A DNA stretch of 63,208 bases, the filler included, from Reclinomonas americana ATCC 50394 (lineage: Eukaryota): assembly GCA_048213135.1 (NCBI GenBank). It is 7 parts of 4 records of this genome, joined end to end, with 100 filler letters (N's around TTAATTAATTAA, not from the genome) between each part and the next. Parts side by side here need not be neighbours in the genome. Positions count along the whole stretch, not along the records: positions 1 to 17,274 come from PS015305.1; positions 17,375 to 30,358 come from PS015305.1; 5 more parts are not named here. One strand, 5' to 3'. Under the pieces are notes generated by a model. The model was not told the DNA's origin. It saw nothing but the letters and a program-made list of their open reading frames with translations, and searched no databases. The position numbers and the translations under genes were made by a program. How positions within the stretch are numbered: the first letter of the stretch is position 1; each line of letters begins with the position of its first letter. Positions 13,429 to 24,700 of this stretch are shown here, piece by piece.

Positions 13429-13806
13429 TCACTGAGCAGACAAGACCGAGCCATCGTCGCCCTCAAACAACGCGCGGTATCGAGATTGTCTGTCCTCATC
13501 GTTTCCGGCCGTCACCAGAGCGTCGCACACTTGTGAGAAGATGATCGGGCGCATGTTGGAGTCGCTGGCGACGTCCATCAGTGTCACCATGCCCTCGACC
13601 GCCCGCTCGTAGTCCTCATCGCGTTGATGAACACGAACTTGGTAAAGTCGCAACCCTTTCAACGTGGGTTCATGGCTCTTTCGGAAGGGGTCGGCGTGGA
13701 TGAGTGACTCGAGAGTGCGAAGGCACTCCTCGGGCCTGGTCATCGGCTGGTACGCGCATCCAGGTTCCATTGCTTGATCCTCCACGACCACCTTCTTCGA
13801 GCTCAT
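13429..13806 (-). CDS. Small single-exon hypothetical protein (125 aa)
   Basis: ATG at 13806, MSSKKVVVEDQAMEPGC...VLSAQ*; protein-like composition; no family recognised. Confidence 0.45.
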   Translation of the reverse strand: MSSKKVVVEDQAMEPGCAYQPMTRPEECLRTLESLIHADPFRKSHEPTLKGLRLYQVRVHQRDEDYERAVEGMVTLMDVASDSNMRPIIFSQVCDALVTAGNDEDRQSRYRALFEGDDGSVLSAQ

Positions 13807-14045
13807 CTGTGATACCTCAGATATGTACGACCTGCGCGACAGCGTGCAAAACAGAGACAACTTCGCGAAGTGTGCTGTCAAGTCGCGTTCCCCCCGCTGC
13901 TGCCGCACGATCACAGCAGGCAGAGAGTACCACGAGCGAGGAGCGAGCTCGTACAACTGCAGTTGCCTTTGAGAAGAAGACAACTAACTTCGGTTGAACC
14001 GCAATTCATCCCTCCTCACTCACTTGCTTCCTCTTGCGCGCACGC

Positions 14046-17000
14046 ATGTCACAACAACAACAGCTGCACGAAGTGCAGCAGTACACGGGCCACACTGCGG
14101 CCGTGCACCAACTTGCCGTCTCCCCACACTTTGACGCGCCACCACACCAACTGGTGGCGACCGCGTGTGGCGACAAGCAAGTCCGCGTGTTCGCCAGCGA
14201 CACAGGCGCCCTGGTGAGCACACTCGACGGAGGCACCNNNNNNNNNNNNNNNNNNNNNNNNNNNNNNNNNNNNNNNNNNNNNNNNNNNNNNNNNNNNNNN
14301 NNNNNNNNNNNNNNNNNNNNNNNNNNNNNNNNNNNNNNNNNNNNNNNNNNNNNNNNNNNNNNNNNNNNNNNNNNNNNNNNNNNNNNNNNNNNNNNNNNNN
14401 NNNNNNNNNNNNNNNNNNNNNNNNNNNNNNNNNNNNNNNNNNNNNNNNNNNNNNNNNNNNNNNNNNNNNNNNNNNNNNNNNNNNNNNNNNNNNNNNNNNN
14501 NNNNNNNNNNNNNNNNNNNNNNNNNNNNNNNNNNNNNNNNNNNNNNNNNNNNNNNNNNNNNNNNNNNNNNNNNNNNNNNNNNNNNNNNNNNNNNNNNNNN
14601 NNNNNNNNNNNNNNNNNNNGAGGTCACGGACTCCGAGTGCCCGCCAAGCACGCCAACACAGCTGCCCGTGCGCACATCCCACACACGCGCCTCGTCATCT
14701 GCACGCCAAATCAACACCTCTGACAACATTACGACAACGCATACGAGACAAAAAAGCACCTTTGTAACCGCTGACGATAAGCGACCCATCGCCCGACAGC
14801 GCCACGCAGATGACCACCGAGGTGTGTCGATCGAGCACGCGATCCATTGTTCCATGCTGCAGCGACCACAAACGCAGACGCCCATCTCCGTGCCCGACAA
14901 CCGCCGTCAGCTCTCCCGCCGGCAACAGCGCCAGTGACCACACCTGCCAGTCACTCTGCACGCGACGCACAAGCTCGCCACTGTCCACTCGCCACACCGC
15001 AATCGACTTATCATTCGAGCCACTGACCAGCAGCTCATCATCGGCGGTGACCGACAGCGCAAACACTGCGTTGGAGTGCGCGCGAATGACGCGCACAGAC
15101 GCGCCCGTGTCGGCGTTCCATTGACGAATGGTGTTGTCAAAGGAGCCACTGAAGACAAAGTGCGCAGAGTGCGTCATTGCCAGTGCCAGCACACTGCTGG
15201 TGTGGCCTTTGCCGCGCCACACCATCGCGTCTCCTCCCTCTTGTTGTTGTTGTTGCAGATGCCACATCATCACCTCGTACTGTCCTTGCCAGCCGCCGCC
15301 ACTGACCAGCACGTGTGCATTCGTGGGCGAGAACACCACAGAGCGCACGGGACCNNNNNNNNNNNNNNNNNNNNNNNNNNNNNNNNNNNNNNNNNNNNNN
15401 NNNNNNNNNNNNNNNNNNNNNNNNNNNNNNNNNNNNNNNNNNNNNNNNNNNNNNNNNNNNNNNNNNNNNNNNNNNNNNNNNNNNNNNNNNNNNNNNNNNN
15501 NNNNNNNNNNNNNNNNNNNNNNNNNNNNNNNNNNNNNNNNNNNNNNNNNNNNNNNNNNNNNNNNNNNNNNNNNNNNNNNNNNNNNNNNNNNNNNNNNNNN
15601 NNNNNNNNNNNNNNNNNNNNNNNNNNNNNNNNNNNNNNNNNNNNNNNNNNNNNNNNNNNNNNNNNNNNNNNNNNNTGTCGCGTTCTTGCATGATGGGCGC
15701 ATTGTGAGTGGTTCCGAGGATCGCACGGTGCGCGTGTGGGAGCCTGGTACGTTTGCCCTGCTCCACCGTCGTCGCATGGTGTCGCTCACTTTCTCTCTCT
15801 CTTGAAAAAAACAAAGTTCCACCAGAGGTCACGGCCGCTGCTCGACGACCGTCCATATTTGGCGCGCACGAGCGCATGGCCTCGGCGCCGGCCTCGCTGT
15901 TGGAACGACAGTCGAGCGTGCTGACAGTGTCGTGGCCGGCCACACCGCACCCTCCATCCGACGGCGCAACACCAGGAGAGGCAGCCACCACCGTTACCGC
16001 CGCCGCTCCGCCCTCGCTGCCGCCACTGTCTCTTGCAAGATTAGCGACACCACCGGCACCACAACAGACATCAACCACCACCGCCATAGCCCCCTCACCG
16101 CCCATGTCGGCGCGTGGCACGCCGCGTCGCGCCACTGTGGTCCCGGCGCACCCTTCGGCCGACTACAAGCGCTGGCAGCAGCAAGTGGAGGCGCTGACGG
16201 CGGGGCTGCACGACGAACGCGTGCAGCGTGCTGCGCTGTCGCAGCAGCTGGACACCACCACACAGCAGCTGACCGAGTCGGAGAAGGCGCGACTGGCGGC
16301 GCAGCACGCGGCCAACATGGCCACCATGCAGCTCGCCTCGGTGAGACAGCAGTTGACGGCCACGCAGCAGCGTGCTGAGACGGCAGAGTCGCGCCTGCAG
16401 CTCGCGCAGCGGCAGATGGAGGAGGCTCGCGAGCAGCTGAGCATGTCGGAGCTGTTTGCGGAGACGGCACTGGGAAGGATGCGTGAGGCGCTGAGCGCCG
16501 TCGAGGTCGAGCGAGAACCGATGCTGCGGGAGATGAGCGAGCTGCGGTGTGCGCTGGAACAGGCGCGTGAGATTGACGAGCACATGCAGGAGCGAGTGCG
16601 TGTGCAGCAACAGCAGATTGATTTGTTGCAGCAGCAAGTCGCCCAGTTGCAAGGTTCTCTTTCAGACAACAATGGAAGAGAGTGAGTCGGCTTCTGCTAA
16701 CTTTGTGAATACGTGTGTATACGTGTGTGAGCAGGTGGCAATGCCAGCCAGCTGCGTGTGTATTCGTGGGAGGAGCTGCAGGCGGTCACCGAGTCGTTCT
16801 CGCCGCGGTACATGATTGGCGAGGGCGGCCAGGGAAAGGTGTACATTGCGCTTCTCGGGGACGACGAGGTGGCCATCAAGGTGTTGGATACGAGCACTGC
16901 GGTGGCGAGGGGGTCGTTTGAGGCGGAGGTGGGGAGGAGGAAGGGGAAGGGGGATGAAGGGAAAGGGGGGAGGGGGAACAGGGAGGAAGATACGGTACCA

Positions 17001-17481
17001 GCATCGTTCCTGCGTCGCCCTCTCTTTAGAACGTGTATGTGCGTGTCTGTCTATCAGTGTGTCTGTCACTCTCTCTCTCTCTCATACACACTCCTTCTCT
17101 GTCTGTCTGCCTCCTGTTCCTCTGGCAGTTATTTGATGCATGTCTCTCAGAAGGCGAGTGATTTACACTTCTGCTGCCTGCCAGCCTCTTCACGAGGTCT
17201 TTCATTCCAGCTGCGTCGTCGATCTAGCTCTGCTGATATTTCTCTCTCTCTCTCTCTCTCTCTCGTCTCTCTCTNNNNNNNNNNNNNNNNNNNNNNNNNN
17301 NNNNNNNNNNNNNNNNNNTTAATTAATTAANNNNNNNNNNNNNNNNNNNNNNNNNNNNNNNNNNNNNNNNNNNNTTACTCTCGTCGTCCGTCGTCCGACG
17401 CCGTCCTTCCTACCGTACGGTACGTTTCGTTACTTACCTACGTCTCGCGTCGTCGTCGTCTACGTCTCTCGTCTCGTATAT

Positions 17482-17532
<51 letters not shown>

Positions 17533-18532
17533 CCTCTTGGACAAACGGAAATCCCTGACACGTCGAGGAACACAGATCAAAACTCTTGGTCATTTGCGAC
17601 ACCGCCGCCTCGTGCCGCTGCTGGGGTACGCCATTCGCACCGAGCCGGTAACGGAACAGTGCCTCGTTTACAAGGCCATGAAGTGCGTTTGCACTCATGT
17701 CTTCCCCTTCGCTCGCTTTCTTCCGATCACCACCACTGAACCCCTCCATTCACAGTCGTCTCGATCTGGAGGCCCGGCTGATGCGCTGTCCACCGGGAGG
17801 TGAGCCACTGACGGTGCTGCAGCGCGTGCAAATCGCACTGGGCATCACAGAGGGTGTGCTCTTTTTGCACAAGGTATGAAGCACACTGCCAGTCAGCAGT
17901 CCACATCAACAGAGAGCTTACCCCTTGCAGCACGACGTGGTGCACCGCGATTTGAAGCCCTCCAACGTGCTGCTCGACGACCGACTGGAGCCGTGCCTGG
18001 CCGACTTTGGTATTGCGCGTATCTTTGACGAGGGCGAGGTAGGAAGGAAAAAAGATTGTCGCGTTCTTTTTCGCGCTGACATCGCACCCTTGCAGTCGCG
18101 CACCACAGCCTCACTAGGCTCCCCCTTCTACGTGGATCCGCTGACACTGCAAACGCGTCGCGTGCGTTTCTCCACCGACATGTACGCGCTGGGCGTCATT
18201 CTGCTGCAGCTGCTAACCGGCCGCAGTGCGCGTGAAGTCGTCGATATTGCTCCGCGGTGGGAACGCGCACTGGCCACGCTCAATGTCAAGGACGAGGCGG
18301 ACGCGGCGGCGGGCGTGTGGGATGAGCAGGTGGCGCGACTCATGCTCGAGCTTGGTGTCACGTTGCGTTGTTGTGCGGGTGTGAAGGGTGTTGTTGGGGG
18401 CGAACGAGGTCTCATGTCGGTGACAGGTGCATGTCGCTGTTTGTTGATTCGCGACCGTCAGCGATGGACGCGTACGCGGTGATGCAGCGGGCGAGGGATT
18501 TGTGTGGTGGTTACACGAGGGAGATTCTATGA
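14046..18532 (+). CDS. WD40 repeats + coiled coil + RLK/Pelle(IRAK)-type Ser/Thr kinase (WD40 middle part on inverted contig 14620-15354)
   Basis: WD40: GHTAAVHQLAVS..GDKQVRVF, IVSGSEDRTVRVWE. Kinase: YSWEELQAVTESF, IGEGGQGKVY, VAIK, LRHRRLVPLLGY, CLVYKAM, HRDLKPSNVLLD, DFG, GSPFYVDP, DMYALGVILLQLLTGR, RPS. Linkage across gaps inferred. Confidence 0.8.
14620..15354 (-). CDS. WD40 repeat exons (gap-bounded contig, likely mis-oriented part of the WD40-kinase gene)
   Basis: GHTSSVLALAM..SGSFDNTIRQWN, AHSNAVFALS..SGSNDKSIAVWR, RHTSVVICVALS, ARVWDV..GHSESVT; open at both ends. Confidence 0.8.
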
Positions 18533-19313
18533 AGAGGATTTCATCAGAAAGCAATTCCATGACACCAAATTACAATAATGCGACAAACGTCCACAAATTC
18601 GAAGTGTTGCGCGCGACAATCGATCACGCGTCACAAAAACAGGAAACCCCTGCTGCTACCATCAAGGTTGGTGCTCGTGTGCACGGTTTGCAAGCTTGTC
18701 GGACTTGACCACCATGACAACTTCTTGTCCGCCGGGTCCCACCGGCAATGGTATATTTGTGTGGTCACGACCANNNNNNNNNNNNNNNNNNNNNNNNNNN
18801 NNNNNNNNNNNNNNNNNNNNNNNNNNNNNNNNNNNNNNNNNNNNNNNNNNNNNNNNNNNNNNNNNNNNNNNNNNNNNNNNNNNNNNNNNNNNNNNNNNNN
18901 NNNNNNNNNNNNNNNNNNNNNNNNNNNNNNNNNNNNNNNNNNNNNNNNNNNNNNNNNNNNNNNNNNNNNNNNNNNNNNNNNNNNNNNNNNNNNNNNNNNN
19001 NNNNNNNNNNNNNNNNNNNNNNNNNNNNNNNNNNNNNNNNNNNNNNNNNNNNNNNNNNNNNNNNNNNNNNNNNNNNNNNNNNNNNNNNNNNNNNNNNNNN
19101 NNNNNNNNNNNNNNNNNNNNNNNNNNNNNNNNNNNNNNNNNNNNNNNNNNNNNNNNNNNNNNNNNNNNNNNNNNNNNNNNNNNNNNNNNNNNNNNNNNNN
19201 NNNNNNNNNNNNNNNNNNNNNNNNNNNNNNNNNNNNNNNNNNNNNNNNNNNNNNNNNNNNNNNNNNNNNNNNNNNNNNNNNNNNNNNNNNNNNNNNNNNN
19301 NNNNNNNNNNNNN

Positions 19314-20141
19314 GGGAGAGAGGAAGACAGTGAGTGAGTGTGACGTGGCGCACGCGGAGAACGCGAGCGAGTGAGAACTGACCTCAATGAGCTCTCTAAT
19401 CTGCGTGCGTGTGAGGTCTCCATGATGATGATGATGATGGTCGTTGCAGTATGAGAAGGTCAGAAGCGCTGATGCGAGTGTGCGTTGAATCCTCCTCTCT
19501 CCTCTCCCCTTCGTTGCAAAAATGAGTGAATGCGGAATGATGCACTGCATCTCGGTCACCGAGATTCATGGTATTTTCCATTTGTTCGCGGAGTTTGACG
19601 TCAAATTTCGGTGGCGCATTCTCGCTGCGCACCCTCGCAGACTCTCACAGACCTCGCGGCTGGCATCTTTGGCCGTCGCGAATGTGCACTGCACCTCTCT
19701 GTGGTCTGATACGGTGCGGTGCGCGCTCGGATTCTGGATGCAGCATCGCANNNNNNNNNNNNNNNNNNNNNNNNNNNNNNNNNNNNNNNNNNNNNNNNNT
19801 CTCTCTCTCCCCTCCACAACAGATGGGCGCCCGATGACATTGCCCGCGCCAAGCGCCTCGCGGCAGTGCCCCCAAACGCGCGCGAGTGGATGGAACTTGG
19901 CGCGCGGTTATCCCTTGCCGCCCGCGGCCTCGCCCCGCCCGTGCACACCAACACACTCTCGCCGGAGCAGGCGCAGTACGCGAGATTATTCACACTGATG
20001 ATCACGGGGCGCCTGCAACCGCCTCCACCCTCCGCGCAACAACACCAACAGCAACAGCTTCGATTGAGCGCGGCTGCGGCGGCGGCTGCGGCGGAGAGCG
20101 CAGAGTCGCCTGCGGAGTCAATGTCAGACGGGGCTGCGTGA
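19314..20141 (+). CDS. 3' part of a hypothetical protein
   Basis: Final exon WAPDDIARAKRL...[24 protein letters not shown] followed by an AT-richer 3' region; upstream exons broken by gaps. Confidence 0.4.
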
Positions 20142-21788
20142 ATGCCCTTCTGTTAGTAATAGTGTGTGTTAGTAGTGTGTGATGATACAAAATTAGGTGT
20201 TTTTTGTTATGGATAGAGCGTGTGTGTGTGCGATGTGGAGCTCGCTGCGGCTGTGTGTGTGAATCTATAGTACGGCTTGGTGAGCGGGTGAATGGGCGAC
20301 TTGAGACGCAACAGAATATATGCGTTGATGGCGAGTGTGATATCGAAGATTTCCACGAGTGGGCGGTTTGAAAATAGAATCTTTGCTGGTGAGCTGTGTG
20401 GAAGCGTGGCGACTGCCGTGTGGTAGTGCGCTGTGGTGGTGACGCGGAGTCTGGCATGTGCGTGTGGTCAGAGTCACTGGCTCGTGAAAGAACACTGGAG
20501 TGGGCGAATACAAAGTTTTCGGTGCGGTATTGCCCGATCCAAATTGGGATACGAATCCGGATCGGGATGCCTTTGTGGCGGCAACAGCAACTGCAGTAAT
20601 TCAAACGACGACACAGCTGCGTCAAGATCGACATCTTGCGTGGGCACGAGCACCGGAAAGTGAGACATCTCGGAAGAAGTCCAAGTGTCAAAGTTTGTAA
20701 TTGACGTGGACAGAAACGCTGCGCATGCGCAGCGGCTCGTGATCTTGCATTACAGCACTCACCGCGTGCATGCAAGTGCGTGTGGAATAGAGTACGGACC
20801 AGGAAGTCTTATTTGTTTCGTGTCCTGCAGCGCGGTCAGTCAGAACGGATTTTGAAACCTTGATGAGCCAGAGAATTGTCGTTGGCGGAGCTGACTCGAG
20901 TCAAAAGGGACGTGCCGCTGAACTGCGCGGGTCTGCCGACCTGGACCCGGAAGACCGCAAGACGTGCAACGAGATCGTTCATTCGGGAGACACCGTCGGC
21001 CAGTTCAGCAAAACTTCCAACTCATTCCGCGATCCCTCTAACACATTCGACTCGAAGGCGGAGGCTGCTCTTGTTGCCATCGAGAAAAAGCATCGTTGAC
21101 ACAACCCGCACTGTGCAGCTTTGTGAAGCCATGGCCATGCCACTTGATCGTGATGCCGGCGCCGCGGCCGGCTAGACTTAGAGCTCTCTGCCTCCTCTTC
21201 TCCTGCATCATCTAGTTCACCAACTCAACGAGAATGTGTAATACAAGACAGCCTTTCTTTGTTATGTGGATCTGAACGCTTGAAGAGCAGCGCTGCGCAG
21301 TGTGATGAGAAAGTATCCAAAGTACACNNNNNNNNNNNNNNNNNNNNAGGCACTGATCATGAAATCATGCATGTGAGAGGATGAATCGTGCGTCGCATCA
21401 TTAACGTAGACAGAGAACTGCGCCACAAGCACACAAGGAGATGAATCACATAGGGTAGGAGAGAAAGCGGTTGCATTGTATATTTCTCCGGAGCATGTGT
21501 GTTCAGAGAGACCTTGTTGTTCCCAGTCTTTCCTTTCGCAGAAGAATACACTGAGTGCCAGCGATGCGTCCACGCCAGAGTGTCAGACGTTCCGCGTACA
21601 GCGCTGTCAATCGACTTCGTCAAACCTCCTACGAGAGCGCAGCGCATGCGAACGCAGCGCAAAAGAGAATTGGCGATCACTGGTAGATGCTCATTGTTGT
21701 ATTTGTCAGTGAAGTTTCTATTCTATGGTGATGTTGTGGACTTGGCCACCAAGGCAACTGCAGCTGTCCGCTCTTGCAATGTGCAGCC

Positions 21789-24700
21789 TCATCGCACGCG
21801 CACATATATTCTCGGCAGATGCTCCGGTCCGTCCTCCTCGTACTCCATGCGCATGCCTTCCGGGTCACGTTTCCTCACCACAGAGCCATCACTGCAATAA
21901 AATCACCATGCGCGTGAGTGAGACAAATCAATTCACCGCTGCGGTGCGGTGCAGACGGCTACTACGCAACGGTGCCGACACCAAGAACTCAATAATGCCA
22001 GACGGGTCCACGTGCAACTTGTTCTTCTTCACCACATTCTCCACGAGCTCAAGCAGTGGCTTGTCCAGCTCTCCGCGGCCACCGCGAGCCCTGAAGGCGA
22101 AGAACCATATCACGCAGTCCTCTCGCGCCACCGAGATTGCCTCGATGTTCAGCTCGTGCTCCGCCTTCATCTTGTCCAGGAACTGCCAGGAATGCACACG
22201 CGTACGCAGAACATCTGTGAGAACGACTGTATGCACTATACAACCGGCTCCCACCACCGATCGCGATGAACCTGCTGCAGCGTCAAACCACGCGCGTCCA
22301 CATGCACGTTGTCCCACAGCGTGAACGTGTGGTCGCCACTCGCACCCTTGTAGCTCCACTGCACGTTGCGAAAGAAAAAGGCACACCAATCAGTCATAAC
22401 ATTACCGCTCCAGAAAATAGTCCAACATACACTCTCACCTTCGGCGCCTCCATCAGCTCCTGCACGGTGAACATCAGCGTGCCGAGGTTGACCGTCGACT
22501 CGCGAATTGCCGAGTTTGGCCGGCCAGACCAGATCTGCACCCAGCAGCAGCAGCAGTCAGTCAACCGGAAAGTGCCAGCTCGGCGCAACTGAAAATCCAC
22601 TCACCTTCAGCATCTCGAAGCTCGCATAGCCGCAGATCAAAGCCGTGCTCGTCACAGTGGCCGGAATCACGCGACCAGCAACGAGCTTGACCTTCATGCG
22701 GTCTGCTGTGTCGATGCGGTACATGGTGGCACGAATGTTGGATACGGCCATCAAAAAATCCACGTGGTAGTTGAGGTCGTTGTCCTTCTCGAACTCATCG
22801 GCGGTCACCGCCGGCGAGATGTCGCTCGGCGACGGGAGCGAGCTCAGCAGGGCGTTCGGATCGAACTCCTGCATTAGCGACACGTCACTGGTGTGAGGAA
22901 CTCGACACACACGCGCTCCTATCACACGCTTTACAAACCGCCGAGTTGCTGAACGCCTTCACGTTGACGCGCGAGGCGATCTCCAGCACCAGCGCCTTAC
23001 AACGATAGCTGTCCAGATGAAGCTCCGACGGCACAGCAATGCCGAGAGTCTTGGCACGCAGCGCAGTCGCCGTCACCTGTGCACCAACCCGCCATGAGTA
23101 GGGCAATTGCAACAAGCCAACGACACGTTGTCGTGCACCAGGAACTGCACGTGCAGCGGGTTCGTCGGGTCGAACGGCTGCTCCGTCGGATACCTCTTGC
23201 AACCACTCCAGAATGGCGTGCCTGCGATAATACCCCGAGTCTGTAAGCCACCAAGTCACATGGCAGGCAATGCCGGCACAAGACTCACCGTCACGGTTCT
23301 TGGCATCACGTGGGTACCACGAGTGCCACTGCAATGCCGAGTGCACAAACTCCCTCTCGTACAGGTTGCGCGCCCATGCCACGCAGTCATCCAGAGAGGC
23401 GCAGCGGTTCTCGGCGCTCAGAATGCCAGCCAGCTTGCGGGCAACCTGCGACACACCACATTGACTTCGACGTCAGCATCTCCCCCATTGGCTCCGACAC
23501 ACAAGATCGCCTCAACGCAACATCCACTTGCTCCGTCTCCGGCATCTCCTTCATCTTGTCCAGGAAGGACTGCGGGTTGTTGCGGTACTCGGCCACAGTC
23601 TCTGGACAGTCCACAAAATGCTTGTGGAAGACTAACCAGAGAGCGTACAGGATGCAGTGCTCGATCTGCAATTCGAGGCCGTGTCAGTGCTACAAGTTAA
23701 CACCTTCGAACAGCACAGCGAAGCAACTCACCAGCTGAATGCGAGCAAGAACAAGAAGGGAAAACACATGTGAGATTATTGTTTGGCGAACAGAGTTTCA
23801 GATATCATTCGATGACACACGTACTGCGCACATGACACCACCAACGGTCAGCATGCAACGCACTAGCAAGTCACGCGTACACACGCAAGTTACGTACAGG
23901 GAAGCTGAGTAATGTGTCCTTCTTGGCCGTCGGTGGGTTAACCTCGCGAAAGAAGCCGTAGTTGACAGAAAAATCAGGGATCACAATCTGCAAACGGTGG
24001 CGTGAGACACCGCCAATCGTGACGCACTCCGAAACGCCAGTGAACTCACACAGCTGCGCACAGCAAAGCCTTGTGAGCGAAGGACAACGAGGAAAACCAG
24101 CAGGGAAGAAACACACACCAGTAGCACTTGACGGATTCCGCATTGACCTCAACGAGCGGCTTGCGGAACTGCACGCAGCGGTCGTCGACGTACAGGCGAG
24201 CCTGGCGGTTGTCCAGTGCATTCACCACCATATCCTTGTCCTCCCAGAAGGCACGGTCGAACAGGTCTGACGCCCACACAAAGAGTTTTGACGACAAGGG
24301 TACAGTACATCACATGCATGGCCTGGAATTCTCAACGTACCTTCAGTGGCCGGTGCCACCATCTGCTGCAGTGCCGTGGTGCGCATGTTCGGGTTCATGT
24401 TGCCTGCTTGTTGACATGCGGCTCTTGCCTTGGAGCACTGTTTTTTTTCCATCTCGTAGAGTCAGGCAAGACAGACCGATCAACAGCACGGCACACGTTG
24501 CACGCAACACCGATATGCTGCTGGCGGAACAGGAACTGGCGATTGGGCTTTGCGAACTCAATCGTGTCCATGTCGGCCACAGTGATGGCACCACCGTCGC
24601 TGGCAACAAAAACAAGCAGTGAATCCACAGCACCAAGGAGTACAAAACAGCGGCGACACGAACCCGCAGCCCACGCCCATCATCGCAAAGTCCTTCAGGT

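Noticed and set aside
17319..17330. TTAATTAATTAA recurring between N runs (also ~30403, 50716, 52952, 54964, 56608)
   Set aside because: Identical all-frame-stop linker centred in N padding: an artificial contig joiner, not biology.
17375..17480. TACG/CGTC-rich low-complexity stretch
   Set aside because: Lies at a contig edge and resembles low-quality pyrosequencing read-end noise.
20860..21099. 79-aa ORF MMSQRIVVGG..KKHR
   Set aside because: Could be a real small exon, but no recognisable homology or supportable gene model.
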